Positions 1 through 12,028 of a stretch of 64,000 nt of DNA are shown in pieces. Origin of the DNA: Leptogorgia sarmentosa (Eukaryota). The stretch is from contig OZ210885.1 in NCBI GenBank assembly GCA_964658305.1, positions 17,360,001 through 17,424,000 on the forward strand, given 5' to 3'. The notes under the pieces are model-generated. The model saw nothing but the letters and a program-made list of their open reading frames with translations. It searched no databases and had not been told where the DNA came from. The translations under genes and the position numbers were made by a program. How positions within the stretch are numbered: position 1 is the first letter of the stretch; each line of letters starts with the position of its first letter.

Positions 1-763
1 TTAGCTTCTTTCTCCATCTGAATTTTCTTCTCAACCAACACCAACTCTGCTCTCATTCTTTCCTCCCACATTTCTTTCTCTTGCTGTTGGATCTGCCTAC
101 GTACTTGCTCTTCTTTCTCCATCTTTCTCATCGCTACTTCCTCAGCTCTCAAGCTTTCATGTCTCTGTCTTTCATCCAGGGCCCTACACAACCTCGCCTG
201 TTTCTCACATAGTGGTGCGCATACTCTGCCTTCCCAGCTCGATTTTTAACTCTTGTAACTGTGACACCAAGTCGTTCATATTGTCTTGAATCTGCTGTGT
301 TTGCTTGCATACTTGTTTGATTTCATTAAAATCCTCACTTTCTAATAATTCGTCGACGTCCTCGAGATAAAACTGCAGCTTTTCAATCTCTTTTCTAATC
401 TTTTTCTCCTGATCTTTCTCTTCTTGAGTAATTTCCACCGTATTATTCTCCTCAATTTCTTGTTGTTCAAGTTCTTCCGCCATCTTGGATTTTGTTATAC
501 CCTCACTTTCTCGTCTTTCTCCGCAAATATCTCCTCGTACAATCCTGGTCACAGCACCAAAATGTGCCGAACTTGTGTCGGCACACTAAAACGTGCGGTT
601 ATAACACTTATGACGCGGTTATAATGCTTTTGATTAACATTTAATACCTTTAACAATTTAATGAACATGAACTAAAAGTCCCAATCGCACGTGTTTGTTT
701 TTCTTATCTGGGTCGCCCCCGAACAGGCTGTTTCCCACAGGCGACCCGATACCCTTTTCTACA
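1..763 (-). mobile_element. 5' end of a BEL/Pao LTR retrotransposon (gag N-terminus, tRNA-His PBS, probable 5' LTR 563-~763); runs off the window
   Basis: ORF 205..552 is a coiled-coil gag N-terminus. 541-559 AATCCTGGTCACAGCACCA resembles the tRNA-His 3' end (PBS TGGTGCTGTGACCAGGATT on minus). TGT starts 3 nt later at 563. The LTR end at 763 (..CTACA) is a guess because there is no second LTR in the window. Confidence 0.65.
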
Positions 764-1151
764 AATGTCCGTTCATAGGTAGTTTTGAGTGAAATATTAG
801 TGTAAACTTAGTATAGTAAAAAATTAAATTCTAGTGTAAGTACCTTTGAATATGAATAATAAATAATAAGTAGTAATTTAATAGTTAGCATAGGATAATA
901 ATAAATTAATGTAATGGATAACGAACCAGGTACATCTAAAGAAACAAATGAACAAATACTGCAAAGTGATATCAGACAGTGGACAAAAGAACTCAAAACT
1001 ATTCTACCATTCACATTTGAACTGATGCAAAAACACCTTCGGACTAACCCTGAATTGGTTAAAGAAAGTGTTGGAGCACATACAAGAAAAAAGGATACCA
1101 GCTTTTTAAGGACAAGTATGTCAAACAAGTTGTAGCGATGTGAAGAGATAG

Positions 1152-1345
1152 TGTAATAAATTCGTCGTTTATTCGAGTAAATAACGGTTGTCTTTCCCAA
1201 AAAATATCGTTTAATTTACATTATAACTTGAACCAAAAGCATGCACATGCATTCTGTCCATAACAACCGTTCTCATTGGACGGAATATAATTATACAACA
1301 ACATAAATTAAAATAATTAGAATTAATAACTAAATGTTTACTACA
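1152..1345 (-). repeat. 3' LTR of the BEL element
   Basis: Direct repeat of 6646-6839, TGTAAT..ACTACA. Confidence 0.95.
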
Positions 1346-4300
1346 CTGCCCGGGGTTGATCATCTATGATGATCAAACAGTTGATAACCTTCGCAGTGCT
1401 TCTCCTTGAACAGCAGCTCTTCGTCGTGGTCGTCCACCGTCTGTCGGTTCGCCATCTTGCTCATCATGTTGGCTCTTAGATGGTTCTTCAGCCGACGAGC
1501 ACTCCTGCTCTGTTTCTGTACTCACTTCGTACGACGCCTTGACTTCCAATGGAATCAAGTGCTGGATGACTCTTCGAATACAAGTCGGATTCCTTTCGTT
1601 GTTGGCCACTCTGACTCTCGCTGCATGTATCTTTCCGTCTTTGCTTGTCAACAATTCCTCAACTCTAGCCAGCTTCCAAAATGCTCCTTTCGTACAGTCT
1701 GACTTTACTACGACAATGTCACCCACGGAAATGTTCGTTGAATTGGAACCTGCTTTAGCCCTTGATTTACAAGCCACATTTTCTCGGAGATTGAGCAAGT
1801 ACTCTCGTTGCCATTGGCTTGTGAATTGCTGTAGAACTTTCCTTTGATGTCTTGTGCGTTTCGTGAGAATTCTGTTGGTGTTTACAATTTCGAAGTGCTC
1901 ATCGTTCGGCATTGGTGTTATTCGTCGACCATTAATCAGCTGGGATGGTGTAAGTGGGTACGAAAGGGATTCTTCGTCATCATAGACGTAGGTAGTTGGA
2001 CGGGCGTTCAAAATAGCCTCGATTTCGATAAGCACAGTACTCAGTTCCTCCAAAGTTAGTGTCAATCGCCCAATAGACTTCTTTAAGCACCGTTTCAACG
2101 TCTTGATCAGACGCTCCCAAAATCCCCCCCACCAGGGAGCTCTTTCTACGATGAATGTCCAAGCAATACGATTAGAAGCAAAGTGACTCAACACCTTCGC
2201 TGAACGCGACAATGCTTGTATTTCTTTTGATGCAGAGCGAAATGTCTTAGCATTATCGGATATGAGTGTGGACGGCAAACCCTTCGACTAGTAAAACGCC
2301 GAAAAGCCATCAAAAATGACGAGACACTCAGTCCTTGAGTAAGTTCGAAGTGCACGGCTCGGGTTAAGGCACATGTGAACAAGCACACGAATACCTTGCT
2401 CACTTCTTGAACTTGAGAGGAAACCTTTCGCACTTCATCACGAACATATAAGGGACCCGCGAAATCTAAACCCGTATACGTAAATGGTGGTTGTGTTGAT
2501 ACTCTTTCCTTTGGTAGATCGGGCGGGCTTGGTGGATTGTACGCCATTCCTTCGTGCCTTCGACATGTGATGCACTTCCTCAGATTGCGCTTCACTGTTT
2601 CTCGTCCGCGCAGTACCCAAAATCGCTCTCGCAGAGTAGTTAACGTTTGGCGAACACCCGAGTGCATAACCTTCTTGTGAACATCCTGCACCACCAGATC
2701 AGAGAAGTGATGTTTGGAAGGTAATAAGACTGGTTTCTTTGTCGATTCGGGGATAATAGCATTGTTTATTCTTCCTTGGCACCTCAGAATATGATGATCG
2801 TCTAAAAAGAGCCCAAACTGCTTCACGTAAGCCGGCGGACTGCAATCAGGAACATTCTCGATAAAGTTTATTTCGTCTTCGAACGATAACCTCTGGACTG
2901 CTCGTATCCACGCCGACTCTGCTTGACTGACCTCAGTTGCCCAGTATTTCTCCACGCCTTTTGCATTTCAACGTACGCACAAACCGCAATAGATATGCTG
3001 TGACCCGCAACAACCGTCCCAAGGTGCTATACTCCGTGCAGTCTATGATCTTGTCCAAACAAGCGGCAGGTTTTTCGCTGTGATTCGTGCTCGCAAATGA
3101 ATTGGTTACGGTTTGGGGATGCTTTACAATCTCCTCCATTGCCCATTCAGGGACAACTTTATTTATGGGATCCTCGGGCCATGAATCTTCGGATTGACCG
3201 AGAAACTCGGGACCATTCCACCACACCACGCTTGCTGCGAGGTTATTGCCGTCTAAACCGCGCGAGGGGAAATCGGCTGGATTTTGGACACCAGGACAAT
3301 GTCTCCACTGATCCTTATCCGATAGCTGACGTATTTCTCTAACTCGGTGCAGGACGAACTGTTTCCAATTCTTCAGGTTTTTTATCCAATACAATGCAGT
3401 AATTGAGTCTACCCAGTAGAATGTTTGAATGTCTGGTGATAACGATAGCGATTCCTTGATTGTCGCGACCAATCGATCGAGGATGAGGGCTCTAAGTAAT
3501 TCAAGCCGTGGGATACTTTGCTTCTTCGCGGGTGCAACCTTGGTTTTTGCTGCTACAAGCTTGACCGTTATGCGTCCATCCTCGTATATCGACCTAAGAT
3601 AAGCTACTGCTGTGAATGCCCATTGAGATGCATCGCTGAATCCATGAAGCTCAATGTTTGCTGGCGTCTTGAAGCTTGGATCGAAATAGCATCTTGGCAC
3701 GCTCACCCTTGCTAAATGCTGTAAATCGGAGACGAATGAACAAAACCGTTGACGCGCAGTTCCTTCCAACTCTTCATCCCAATCAATCCTGTCACAGCAG
3801 AGTAGTTGAAACATCGTTTTCAATCGAATCGTAAATGGACTCAGCAAACCCAGTGGATCGAAGATCTTCGCCGTCAAATTCAGTAACGATCGCTTTGTGA
3901 TTGGTAGAGATTTCGCGTAAGTGATCAAGTCATCAAACTTGAAAAACAGCTCATCAGTACCAGTGTTCCAATTAACGCCGAGCACCTTGACAGATTTTCC
4001 TCCGGCAGCAGTTGTGGACCCGATTGTGGATTTAGCGTACGTTTCATCTTCTCGAATAACTTTCCCTTCGATTGGAACAGCCAACTGCCTTTGATCATTC
4101 TTGACTTGATCGATAGATTCAAGAAGCGTAGACGAATTAGACTGCCATTTTCTTAAGTTGAAACCTCCGTCCCTCATAATACCTTTAGACTTCTGGTATA
4201 TCTCAAACGCTTGGGCGTCGTTACTACCACCGGCAAGGAAATCATCGACGTAGAACGATTTTCTCATCAACCCAACAAGCTCCAGGTACTGATCTTCGTA

Positions 4301-6627
4301 TAAACTCAAATGCTTAAATATAGTTGCACCGAGAATCGCTGGCGATGGGCGAAGTCCGAATACCAGGCGACAAAATCGTAAATGTTTGATTCCTGAATTC
4401 AGATTTTGAGGATCCTGTAGCCAGAGAAAGCGAAGCATATTTCGGTCATTCCGGTCGATTCTCACCATGAGAAAAGCCTTCTCAATATCAGCCGATATTG
4501 CCACGGGATTCCACCGAAACCTCACGAGAACATCGAAGAGATGGGGTATAAAATTAGGACCCGTTTCCAATGCTTCGTTTAGTGAGTGCCCTTCGCCATC
4601 AGCTTTGTTGTATCTTTGTCCTTGCGCACGACTGCGTGATGAGGCATGTAATGTATCGATCCTTTTCCATTCTGCTCATGGTCGTTAAGATTTTCCAGCT
4701 CTTCTCGAGGGACTTCTTCAACAATCCCTTTCTCTAATTGATCCTCGATCGTGTTGTTGTATTCGTCAAGAAGCTCGGGCTCCTTCTTCAATCTGTACTG
4801 TAGGGATTTCAATCGGTTGAAACAGTAGTTGTAATCTGTCTTGACATCTGTCCGTTCTTCCTTCCAGGGTAAAGATACTTCGTAGCGGTTATCAGTGTAT
4901 TTGACATTCTTCAAAAATAACCCTGATAGTTGGTTCGTAGATGATTCTTCGCTACCTCGAACTCCAATTGATTTGGTCTCCCAAAATTGTTTAAGCGTGT
5001 TCGTTAGATCGTCGTCTTCGTTTCCAGAGTGATAACGCTTTCCAGTTTCGCCAGATATGATCAAATTTGTCGCATACGCTTCGGCCTTGCCATCGACGGG
5101 GCCTGACAGTAACCAGCCCAACTTACTGCTCACAGCGATTGGCCCGTTGTCTCTTTGAACTGTCTCTCTGGTTATAAAGCACCAATAATCTGGTGTTGCT
5201 GGCATTCGACGCAATACATCTGGCGGTTTGAAGTAAGACAGCCCTTCCCTTGCGTGACATGCTTGTCGCACTGGTGGCGGTCGTATTTTCACTTTGATTG
5301 TTGGGGTTGGTTGAATTGGGTGACTCTCTCTTGTCTTCCGGTGGGTCTGTTGGCTTTGGATGGTTGTTTCGGGAACAGATCGATTGGTGATGACGTTGGC
5401 CGCACTTTCGACACCCCGTTACATTTGTACACTCCCGAGACACGTGACCAACTCGCAAGCAAACAAAACAACGCTTATCTCGCCGTAAAATATCCTTTCG
5501 ATTTTGCATACCAGTGATTCTTTCGCAGGATGCCGAATAATGCAGTTCGCCGCAGTACGCACACCGAATTTTTGTATTTCCCTGATTGTCCTTCAAAAGT
5601 AATGCCTGCGCTGTCGAAGGAGGTCCGGGTTTGCTCGATCGTTCAAATGTGGCTGGTCTAGGATCATTCAACTTCACTTGATCACTCGCCTCTCTTGCTT
5701 CAATTTCCCTTCTTATGGTTTCCAAAAGTTCATCGATTTTCCAAATTTCATCGGTAGCCTTTCGCGCCACTTCCAATCGTAGACTATTCGGGAGCTCTGA
5801 CATTACCACGGGTATCAGTAGACTACCATACTGATCTGGGGTCACCCCCAACGAATCCAAACCTCGCACATGAACTCGAATCTTGTCATAAACAAACCGA
5901 ATGGATGGAGATCTTTCGCTTGAACACGGCTGCAGCTTGAGAAGCTCGTCCATATGGGCTGCGATAATTTGTTGTGGCCGCCCAAATCTCTCCTCAAGAA
6001 TGGCAACAGCAGCATCATAATTTGCTTCGGTCAAAGTCAACCCTTGGACTGAACGAGCAGCTGAACCTTCAAGATGTGAATGCAAATAGTTAAATTTGTC
6101 GACCTTCGAAATGCTATCGTTGTCATGCACAGCCGCTTTGAACGATTCCCAAAATGGTTTCCAGTTGGTGACGTTTCCTTTAAATTTTTGAAGCGTTATT
6201 TTCGGTAATTTCGCCCTTACTTGTGTTGCCGTTTGTCGCTGTGTGGCACTCGACGTTTCGTTCGAAGATGTAGCCTCAGATGTAGTAGCATGAAGTATTT
6301 CTTCGCACTTGTTAACCGCTGACTCTAAATGTACAACGCACGATGTGACTTTCGCAATAATATCCTCTGAATCGGCCACTTCAGCCCCAATGTCCTTTAT
6401 TTCACACAATCCCAATATTTTCTCGTCAACCTCGCTTAACTTCGTTTTTAACTCACCGGCCCCCGTCGTTAAACTCGCTATGCTCGTATTCGTTAAAATA
6501 TCGTCCGCTTCCTTCAATAATTTCGTCGCAACCCCTCGACGTGCACCTCGAATCGCTCTCAAACGTTGAATATTTTCGGCTTCGGCCATCGTTCTATCCG
6601 TTTACTAACATCGTAATGTAGCTCAGT

Positions 6628-6645
6628 GCCCCACGTTGGGCGCCA
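6628..6645 (-). promoter_or_regulatory. Primer-binding site, tRNA-Lys(CUU) type
   Basis: 18-nt TGGCGCCCAACGTGGGGC directly abutting the 5' LTR. Confidence 0.9.
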
Positions 6646-6839
6646 TGTAATAAATTCGTCGTTTATTCGAGTAAATAACGGTTGTCTTTCCCAAAAAATA
6701 TCGTTTAATTTACATTATAACTTGAACCAAAAGCATGCACATGCATTCTGTCCATAACAACCGTTCTCATTGGATGGAATATAATTATACAACAACATAA
6801 ATTAAAATAATTAGAATTAATAACTAAATGTTTACTACA
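6646..6839 (-). repeat. 5' LTR of the BEL element
   Basis: Direct repeat of 1152-1345, adjacent to the PBS. Confidence 0.95.
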
Positions 6840-7061
6840 GAGAGAACAATCAATTATATTACTTGGTGAAAGGATGTGTGGATGCATCAACGTAGAAGAT
6901 ATATAGTTTATACTGTGTATGTCCATTTAAATCAAGATACTGGAGAGGTCGCTTATGCTAGCTGTAAATGCAAGGCAAGAAAGGGTGGATGTTGTAAACA
7001 TGTTGTGGCTTTAATATTTCAAATAATTGAGTATATACAGTTGGAGTTGAAAGAAATACCA

Positions 7062-7268
7062 TGTTCTCAAATCATAAAGAACAAAACGACAAACGAAGTT
7101 TCTTTACTGTCTTATCACTTTTATTTACTAATTTCAATAACAAAGCCTTGTCTTTCCCGTCCATGTTTTTCTGGTCCCCCCCCTTCGACCGCCCGTTCCA
7201 GTCTCCAAAACTAATACTAAGGGGGAGGGGGTGAGCAACTATAAGGCATATAAAAACATTCCTTAACA
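7062..7268 (-). mobile_element. Solo LTR (207 bp)
   Basis: TGTT..AACA ends with a perfect 5-bp TSD TACCA (7057-7061 / 7269-7273). Removing it rejoins KEIP-DYLTCTQLLQQ of the SWIM gene. AATAAA on minus at 7120-7125. Confidence 0.85.
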
Positions 7269-8364
7269 TACCAGATTATCTCACTTGTACACAACTTTTG
7301 CAGCAATAGCATGTTCCTAGAAACGATGAATTAAATTAACCTATTTTATACAAGGATGTCTTATTTGAGTAAGCTTCTTATGAGAAAGACAACAGTGGTA
7401 AAAAGTGCAAAAATCTGAAAACTCATGATAGTGTCATAAATCCATCTCCACAGTATTCACAGGATGTTACATCAGAAAAGATTGATAGTGTCAGAGTTGA
7501 AGAGTGTAAAGAAGGCCAATTATTTATGTAAACTGCTAGAGTCGAACAAGTGTCAGTCACATGGATTTGAACAAATACACAAAAATCTTCCTTCAAAAAG
7601 AAAATGTACAGAAGCTAAGGAGAATGCATGTGATTTAAATGACTGTAGTCTTAGGGACAAGGTGCTAAAGGGCTTAGAACCAGCTAGTCTTTGTGATGAA
7701 AACATAGATATTGTGCAGGACAAATTGAGTAAAAACTATTGGTAGCTTTTAGAGATAGAAAAGAATATGGAGGGCAATGAACATGTGAAATGTGGTATAA
7801 GGAACGGAGCAGTGAAGTGTCCCTTTAGCAAGAGAGAGATGAAAATTGAAGAGGCATGTGCCGACAAAGCATTTTACTTGTTTTCTTATAATGGTAAAGT
7901 GACCATAAAACACAATCACACCTATTACTACCAGGTTCAAGGTATTATGGCGACTCTCCAGATAAAATGGTCGGATTTTGTTGTGCTGACAAATAAACAT
8001 TTACACATAGAAAGAATATATTGTGATGCAGATTTTTGGGAAAGAGAAATGTTGCCAGAATTAAACAGTTTTTATTTTAAATATTTGGCACCAGAAGTAC
8101 ATGGTGAAAAATAGTATAACTCTGGCATAATGTTAAATTGTCAAACAGTTTATATGTATTTGTGTTTCATTTCAGAAAGACAAACTTGTTATTTTTGCTT
8201 ACATGAATGGTAACACAAAGAAAGCTCAACTAGACCTGTCAATGATGCTTGTTCATATCCAATAATTGTATTTGTGTGACACAATAATGATAATGCAGTG
8301 CAATCAGCCAAACAATCTGACCTACAGTACCCAGCCAACAAAATAAACTTAACACTCATTAATA

Positions 8365-8444
8365 AGAGGAGGTAGAAACAATGTAAGTATGAACATATAC
8401 CCCATATTTTGTCAAGATCAGAAGCCATAGATAAAGGAATGACA
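8365..8444 (-). pseudogene. C-terminal remnant of a Harbinger/ISL2EU DDE transposase
   Basis: [25 protein letters not shown] resembles the conserved C-terminus of this transposase family. It converges on the YqaJ gene, as expected for ISL2EU. Confidence 0.55.
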
Positions 8445-8449
8445 TAGAA

Positions 8450-9085
8450 ATCTGTACAATCTATTATTACCCTTCAATTTCAATAGATTGGTCCAGAGGG
8501 AAGGTGGGAATGTTGCCCGATGCAGGTGATTTGGGCTTTCGGGAGGTTTCCCTTCTGGTGGTTTGGGATCATTGACGTGTAGCAGAGAATGGTATCTTTT
8601 TCCACACTTGAGACACAAATGCGGTGAAGGGCATTGTTTTACCATATGTTTGGCTTTCAAGCAATTCAGACAAAGACCCTTTCTAATACAAATGCACGCT
8701 TCCCAGACAGTGATTTCTCTTTGAAGGTTTGGCAATAGGCTACGTTATGTCTGTTGCAAGCTACGCATTGATTTTGTGTAGTGGTAGCATGGACAAATTC
8801 TGATTTGTTGGTTAAATTTGGTTTCTTGTTGAAAGATGGTGCTCTTTTTGGATTTGGATCATAGGGAGGTAGCTCAGTAGTTGCTGTTCTAAGGTCCAAA
8901 AATTCAAGGAATTTTCTGTAGAAGAAACATCCCTTTCTCCTTGTGTAAATTTTTGCCATTCAATCGTTGTTTGGGAATCAAGCTTGGATTCACCCAACAC
9001 TGTCATAAATCGATCAAAGTCAAGTTTGTCTTGTGCTTTCAACGATGTTAATTGATGTTGGAAGGTTACATGTAACTGTCTCAGT
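8450..9085 (-). pseudogene. Degenerate BEL/Pao gag fragment
   Basis: ORFs 8812..9042, 8666..8959 and 8418..8735: [31 protein letters not shown] knuckles typical of BEL gag. Confidence 0.75.
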
Positions 9086-9135
9086 CTTCACTCTAAGAGG
9101 TACATTGTCACTAAAAATGTTCTCGTTGTATAATT

Positions 9136-9839
9136 CTATACCCTATCTTTCAACAAGTCCTTGAAAGAAACTTGGGCCCCCTCCTGGTCACCTGGTAGAG
9201 CATTTATGTGACATATTTTGTTCAATTGGTCCCTTCTCTGCTTGATTAGATAAGATTTTGGCAATCCATTTATAACCATTGACAAGTCATGGTAAAAATG
9301 ATCACAGACACAAAATCTGCATAAACCGAGAGTGCATAAACCTTTGTTACTAGCTTGGTTTGTAGTTTTGTCAGTAGAACGTCTCAAATTATGCTTCACA
9401 CCAGATTTAACTTCGGTTACAATTAAATTCTCAACTTGAAGGCCAAATGATCTTGAAAACCACAATGTAACATTGGCTCGAGATAAATATTTTTTCAGTG
9501 TTTGTGATTTCTTTATGACCTCAGAAATTTCTTTTCCTTTGTGCCGCAAATCCTGGGATTTTTCAAGTATTTCAATGTAACTTAAAAGTTCCTCATTTTT
9601 TGAATGCAGATTTGAAATCTCTTTGTCTTTTTGATTTATAGCAGTTTCCATCTCACCAGATAATTTTTGCAAATCTGCTTCCAGATTGGTGCAGTTGCTC
9701 CTCCATTCTTCCAGTTCATCATGAACCTGCTGGCTTTCATGTTGAGTTGTGCAAATGCGATGGTCTGTCCCTCAAAAACAAACTTTTTTCTTCTATCCAG
9801 TGCCATTCTTTTCCTACCTCTCCTATTGTAATACTCCAT
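9136..9839 (-). pseudogene. Fragment of a probable DNA-transposon protein (coiled coil then YHDLSM..LPKSYLIK motif; possibly upstream of a Transib/Chapaev-like DDE core)
   Basis: Frameshifted ORFs 9136..9672 and 9636..9839. Family assignment is from recalled motif similarity only. Confidence 0.35.
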
Positions 9840-10498
9840 GTGAACTTTACTTGTAATACGTAAAAGTGATCGGATCTAGTGATCTCATCACAACTAATAG
9901 CAAATGCTTAGGAATGAATGAATGCTTAGGAATTGAATGTTCTAGCAAATTGACAAACGTGTAGTTAGATATTACACTTGTTGCTGCTTTGTTGGAAGGT
10001 TGGACAGGCTTCTTGGGAACAACTAAACTATACCAAGCTCTCAGTATCGGGTAAGGTATATCCGCAGCAAAAAGTACATTCTTGGCTGTACTGTTACCGG
10101 CATATGCTATTCATTCCATGGCTAAATTCCATTGCAAATGAGCACCCAACAATGGAAAATCAGACATACTATATTAAAAGTCAGCTTAAAACAAGTACAG
10201 TCAAATCAAATAAATGTAAATATCAACACTAGCAAAAGTAATCCCTTCAGGGACTGGTCATTATTTATGGCAGGGGTGGGGGTTGAAGAGAAAGTGTTTT
10301 AAAGCCAACAAAATTTTCTACCCCAGCTTCTTTTTTTTACCAAAAATATTTTTACCCCACTTTGAATAGAAGGTGAAAAATATTTTACCCCTCCAAGTTA
10401 TCAATCTTTTTATAACTATAAGAACAAGTGGGATTTGTTACTGCATTTAATATTTATATTGCAATAATACTTCGTAAATATTAAACTGGGGTAATCAT

Positions 10499-11284
10499 TC
10501 AAACTGGAACAAGTTGCAATGTCCTGCAAGGCGTCCCATAGCGAGTGGTCACAACCCATGGAAGTGGCTCAACATCTGGTATCTGCTCAGCGCTAATTTC
10601 ACTTTCACTATCAGTCTCATCCCCAAGCTCCTCTAAGATAAGGTCATCGTCACTGCCACTATTTATATCACTAAAGTTGTTGTTGGATCCAGTTTCTTCA
10701 ATCGCCTTCTCAATGATATCAGTTTGCTTTTTTCTGAGTGCATCCACAGTAATAGCATTTAACTAGTCAGTCCTTTTCCCATTTTTGCTCAGTTTGTTTT
10801 TGTCAAGGTATTTGTTTAATTCCAAAACTTTCAGGTTTTTCAGTTTCCCATTCACCACTGAGTTTAACCAGTTGTAAGATTTTCCTTCTCTTTCAGTCTT
10901 ATCTCTGACTGTTTGCTGTGCTCGAATCTCTTTAGTATTCTCTGAAAATTCTGTAATCGATTCTTGTTGATCCAAAGAGATGGAATCTTCATTAAATAAC
11001 TTAGTTATATTTGCTCTTGGTTGCCAGTCATCAGCTCCTCATCCCTCTCCACTTTCTGTATGTGTTGGTGTCACATTTACATCCATGTAATGCAGCGGAC
11101 TCTGTGAAATTATTGTGATCTGCTTTGGTGAATGGTGGAACTTCAACTGCTTCATCAAATGGTAGATAGCTGGTTTCAATGTTTCATATTCCTTGCCATC
11201 TTGTGCAACATATTCTGCCTGAAGGTTATGTGGAACTGCCAAATGTCCTTGAATGTTTTTTCTTTCGCTTGCTTTTCGCATCAT
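10499..11284 (-). pseudogene. Decayed gene with C-terminal SAP-like motif and acidic tail (likely transposon-borne)
   Basis: In-frame ORF pieces 11039..11284, 10763..10975 (LKNLKVLELNKYLDKNKLSKNGKRTD) and 10499..10747 separated by stops. Confidence 0.45.
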
Positions 11285-12028
11285 TTTTCGAGGGTATTTT
11301 GATTATCCTTCAGTAAACATGGTTGCAGCGACGTTGATACAAAAGGACTAAAACGTGCAGTCTTTGTCAACTCGGACCTAGCATCATTCTTGCCTCGCAA
11401 TTCTATGTTCTCTTTTCCTGGTCGTCATTTATTTCTCAAAATTTCTGATTCTATATTAATTTTTTTTAATCTATTAAACAATACGTGAAATATTCAATTG
11501 TCATGTTAAAATATGCACAACATACCTGGATTTACATGTGATTCTATATTAATTTTTTTTAATCTACTAAACAATACGTGAAATATTCAATTGTCATGTT
11601 AAAATATGCACAACATACCTGGATTTACATGTGGATGAGAAGCACATATAATATTTGACTTATATGAAGTACTCATGGTTGATGTCTTATTTATTTATTA
11701 AGACATGGCCGACAATATCGACATGTTTCTTGAAAGTATAAACTTGAAACTTGAGTATTTACAGCAGTTTAAAGACTTGGGTTTATGATGACTTAGACCT
11801 TTTCAAGTCTCTAACTGATCAAGAGTGTCAGGATATCCTTACTTTCGTCGGTATGTCCGCAAAAACAGGACACATCTTAAAGTTTAAGAAAGCCCTCTCT
11901 GCTCTACTTTGGTAGCAGACAGATACGGTGGACAAATCAACATCCACAAGCTCTGGATCAAAGCAGACAATAGTTCAAACAAGTAAGTGTATAATGTACA
12001 GTATATGGTACGCAATCAAAACTTCTAT
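10846..12028. repeat. Left arm of a ~1.1-kb inverted duplication (partner 25150-26262); contains a 93-bp tandem duplication 11446-11632
   Basis: The reverse complement matches 25150-26262. Near-identical ORFs 11039..11284(-) and 25828..26073(+); SAM-like MADNIDMFLES.. at 11705(+) and 25099..25500(-). Confidence 0.93.

Larger units (their letters stand above)
1152..6839 (-). mobile_element. Full-length BEL/Pao LTR retrotransposon, frameshifted (gag-PR-RT-RH-IN)
   Basis: 194-bp LTRs 1152-1345 and 6646-6839 (TG..CA, 1 mismatch seen). TSD GATAG/GAGAG. PBS TGGCGCCCAACGTGGGGC (tRNA-Lys) 6628-6645. ORFs 5123..6589 (DUF1759 gag, Cys knuckles), 2933..4570 (RT YVDD, Pao RNase H HGFSDAS), 2188..2955 and 1373..2278 (integrase GLDFAGP/SDNA/WERL). 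Confidence 0.96.
914..8114 (+). pseudogene. SWIM zinc finger + YqaJ/lambda-exonuclease gene of an ISL2EU/Harbinger-type DNA transposon, disrupted by a BEL element and a solo LTR
   Basis: ORF 914..1135 continues after the BEL insertion. 6876..7214 has the SWIM motif CKCKARKGGCCKHV. 7767..8114 has (E)VKCP...YYYQVQG...W, the YqaJ nuclease C-terminus. Several stops and frameshifts. Confidence 0.75.

Noticed and set aside
541..559. tRNA gene fragments here and at 6628-6645
   Set aside because: Only 18-19 nt including CCA, adjacent to LTRs, so these are primer-binding sites.
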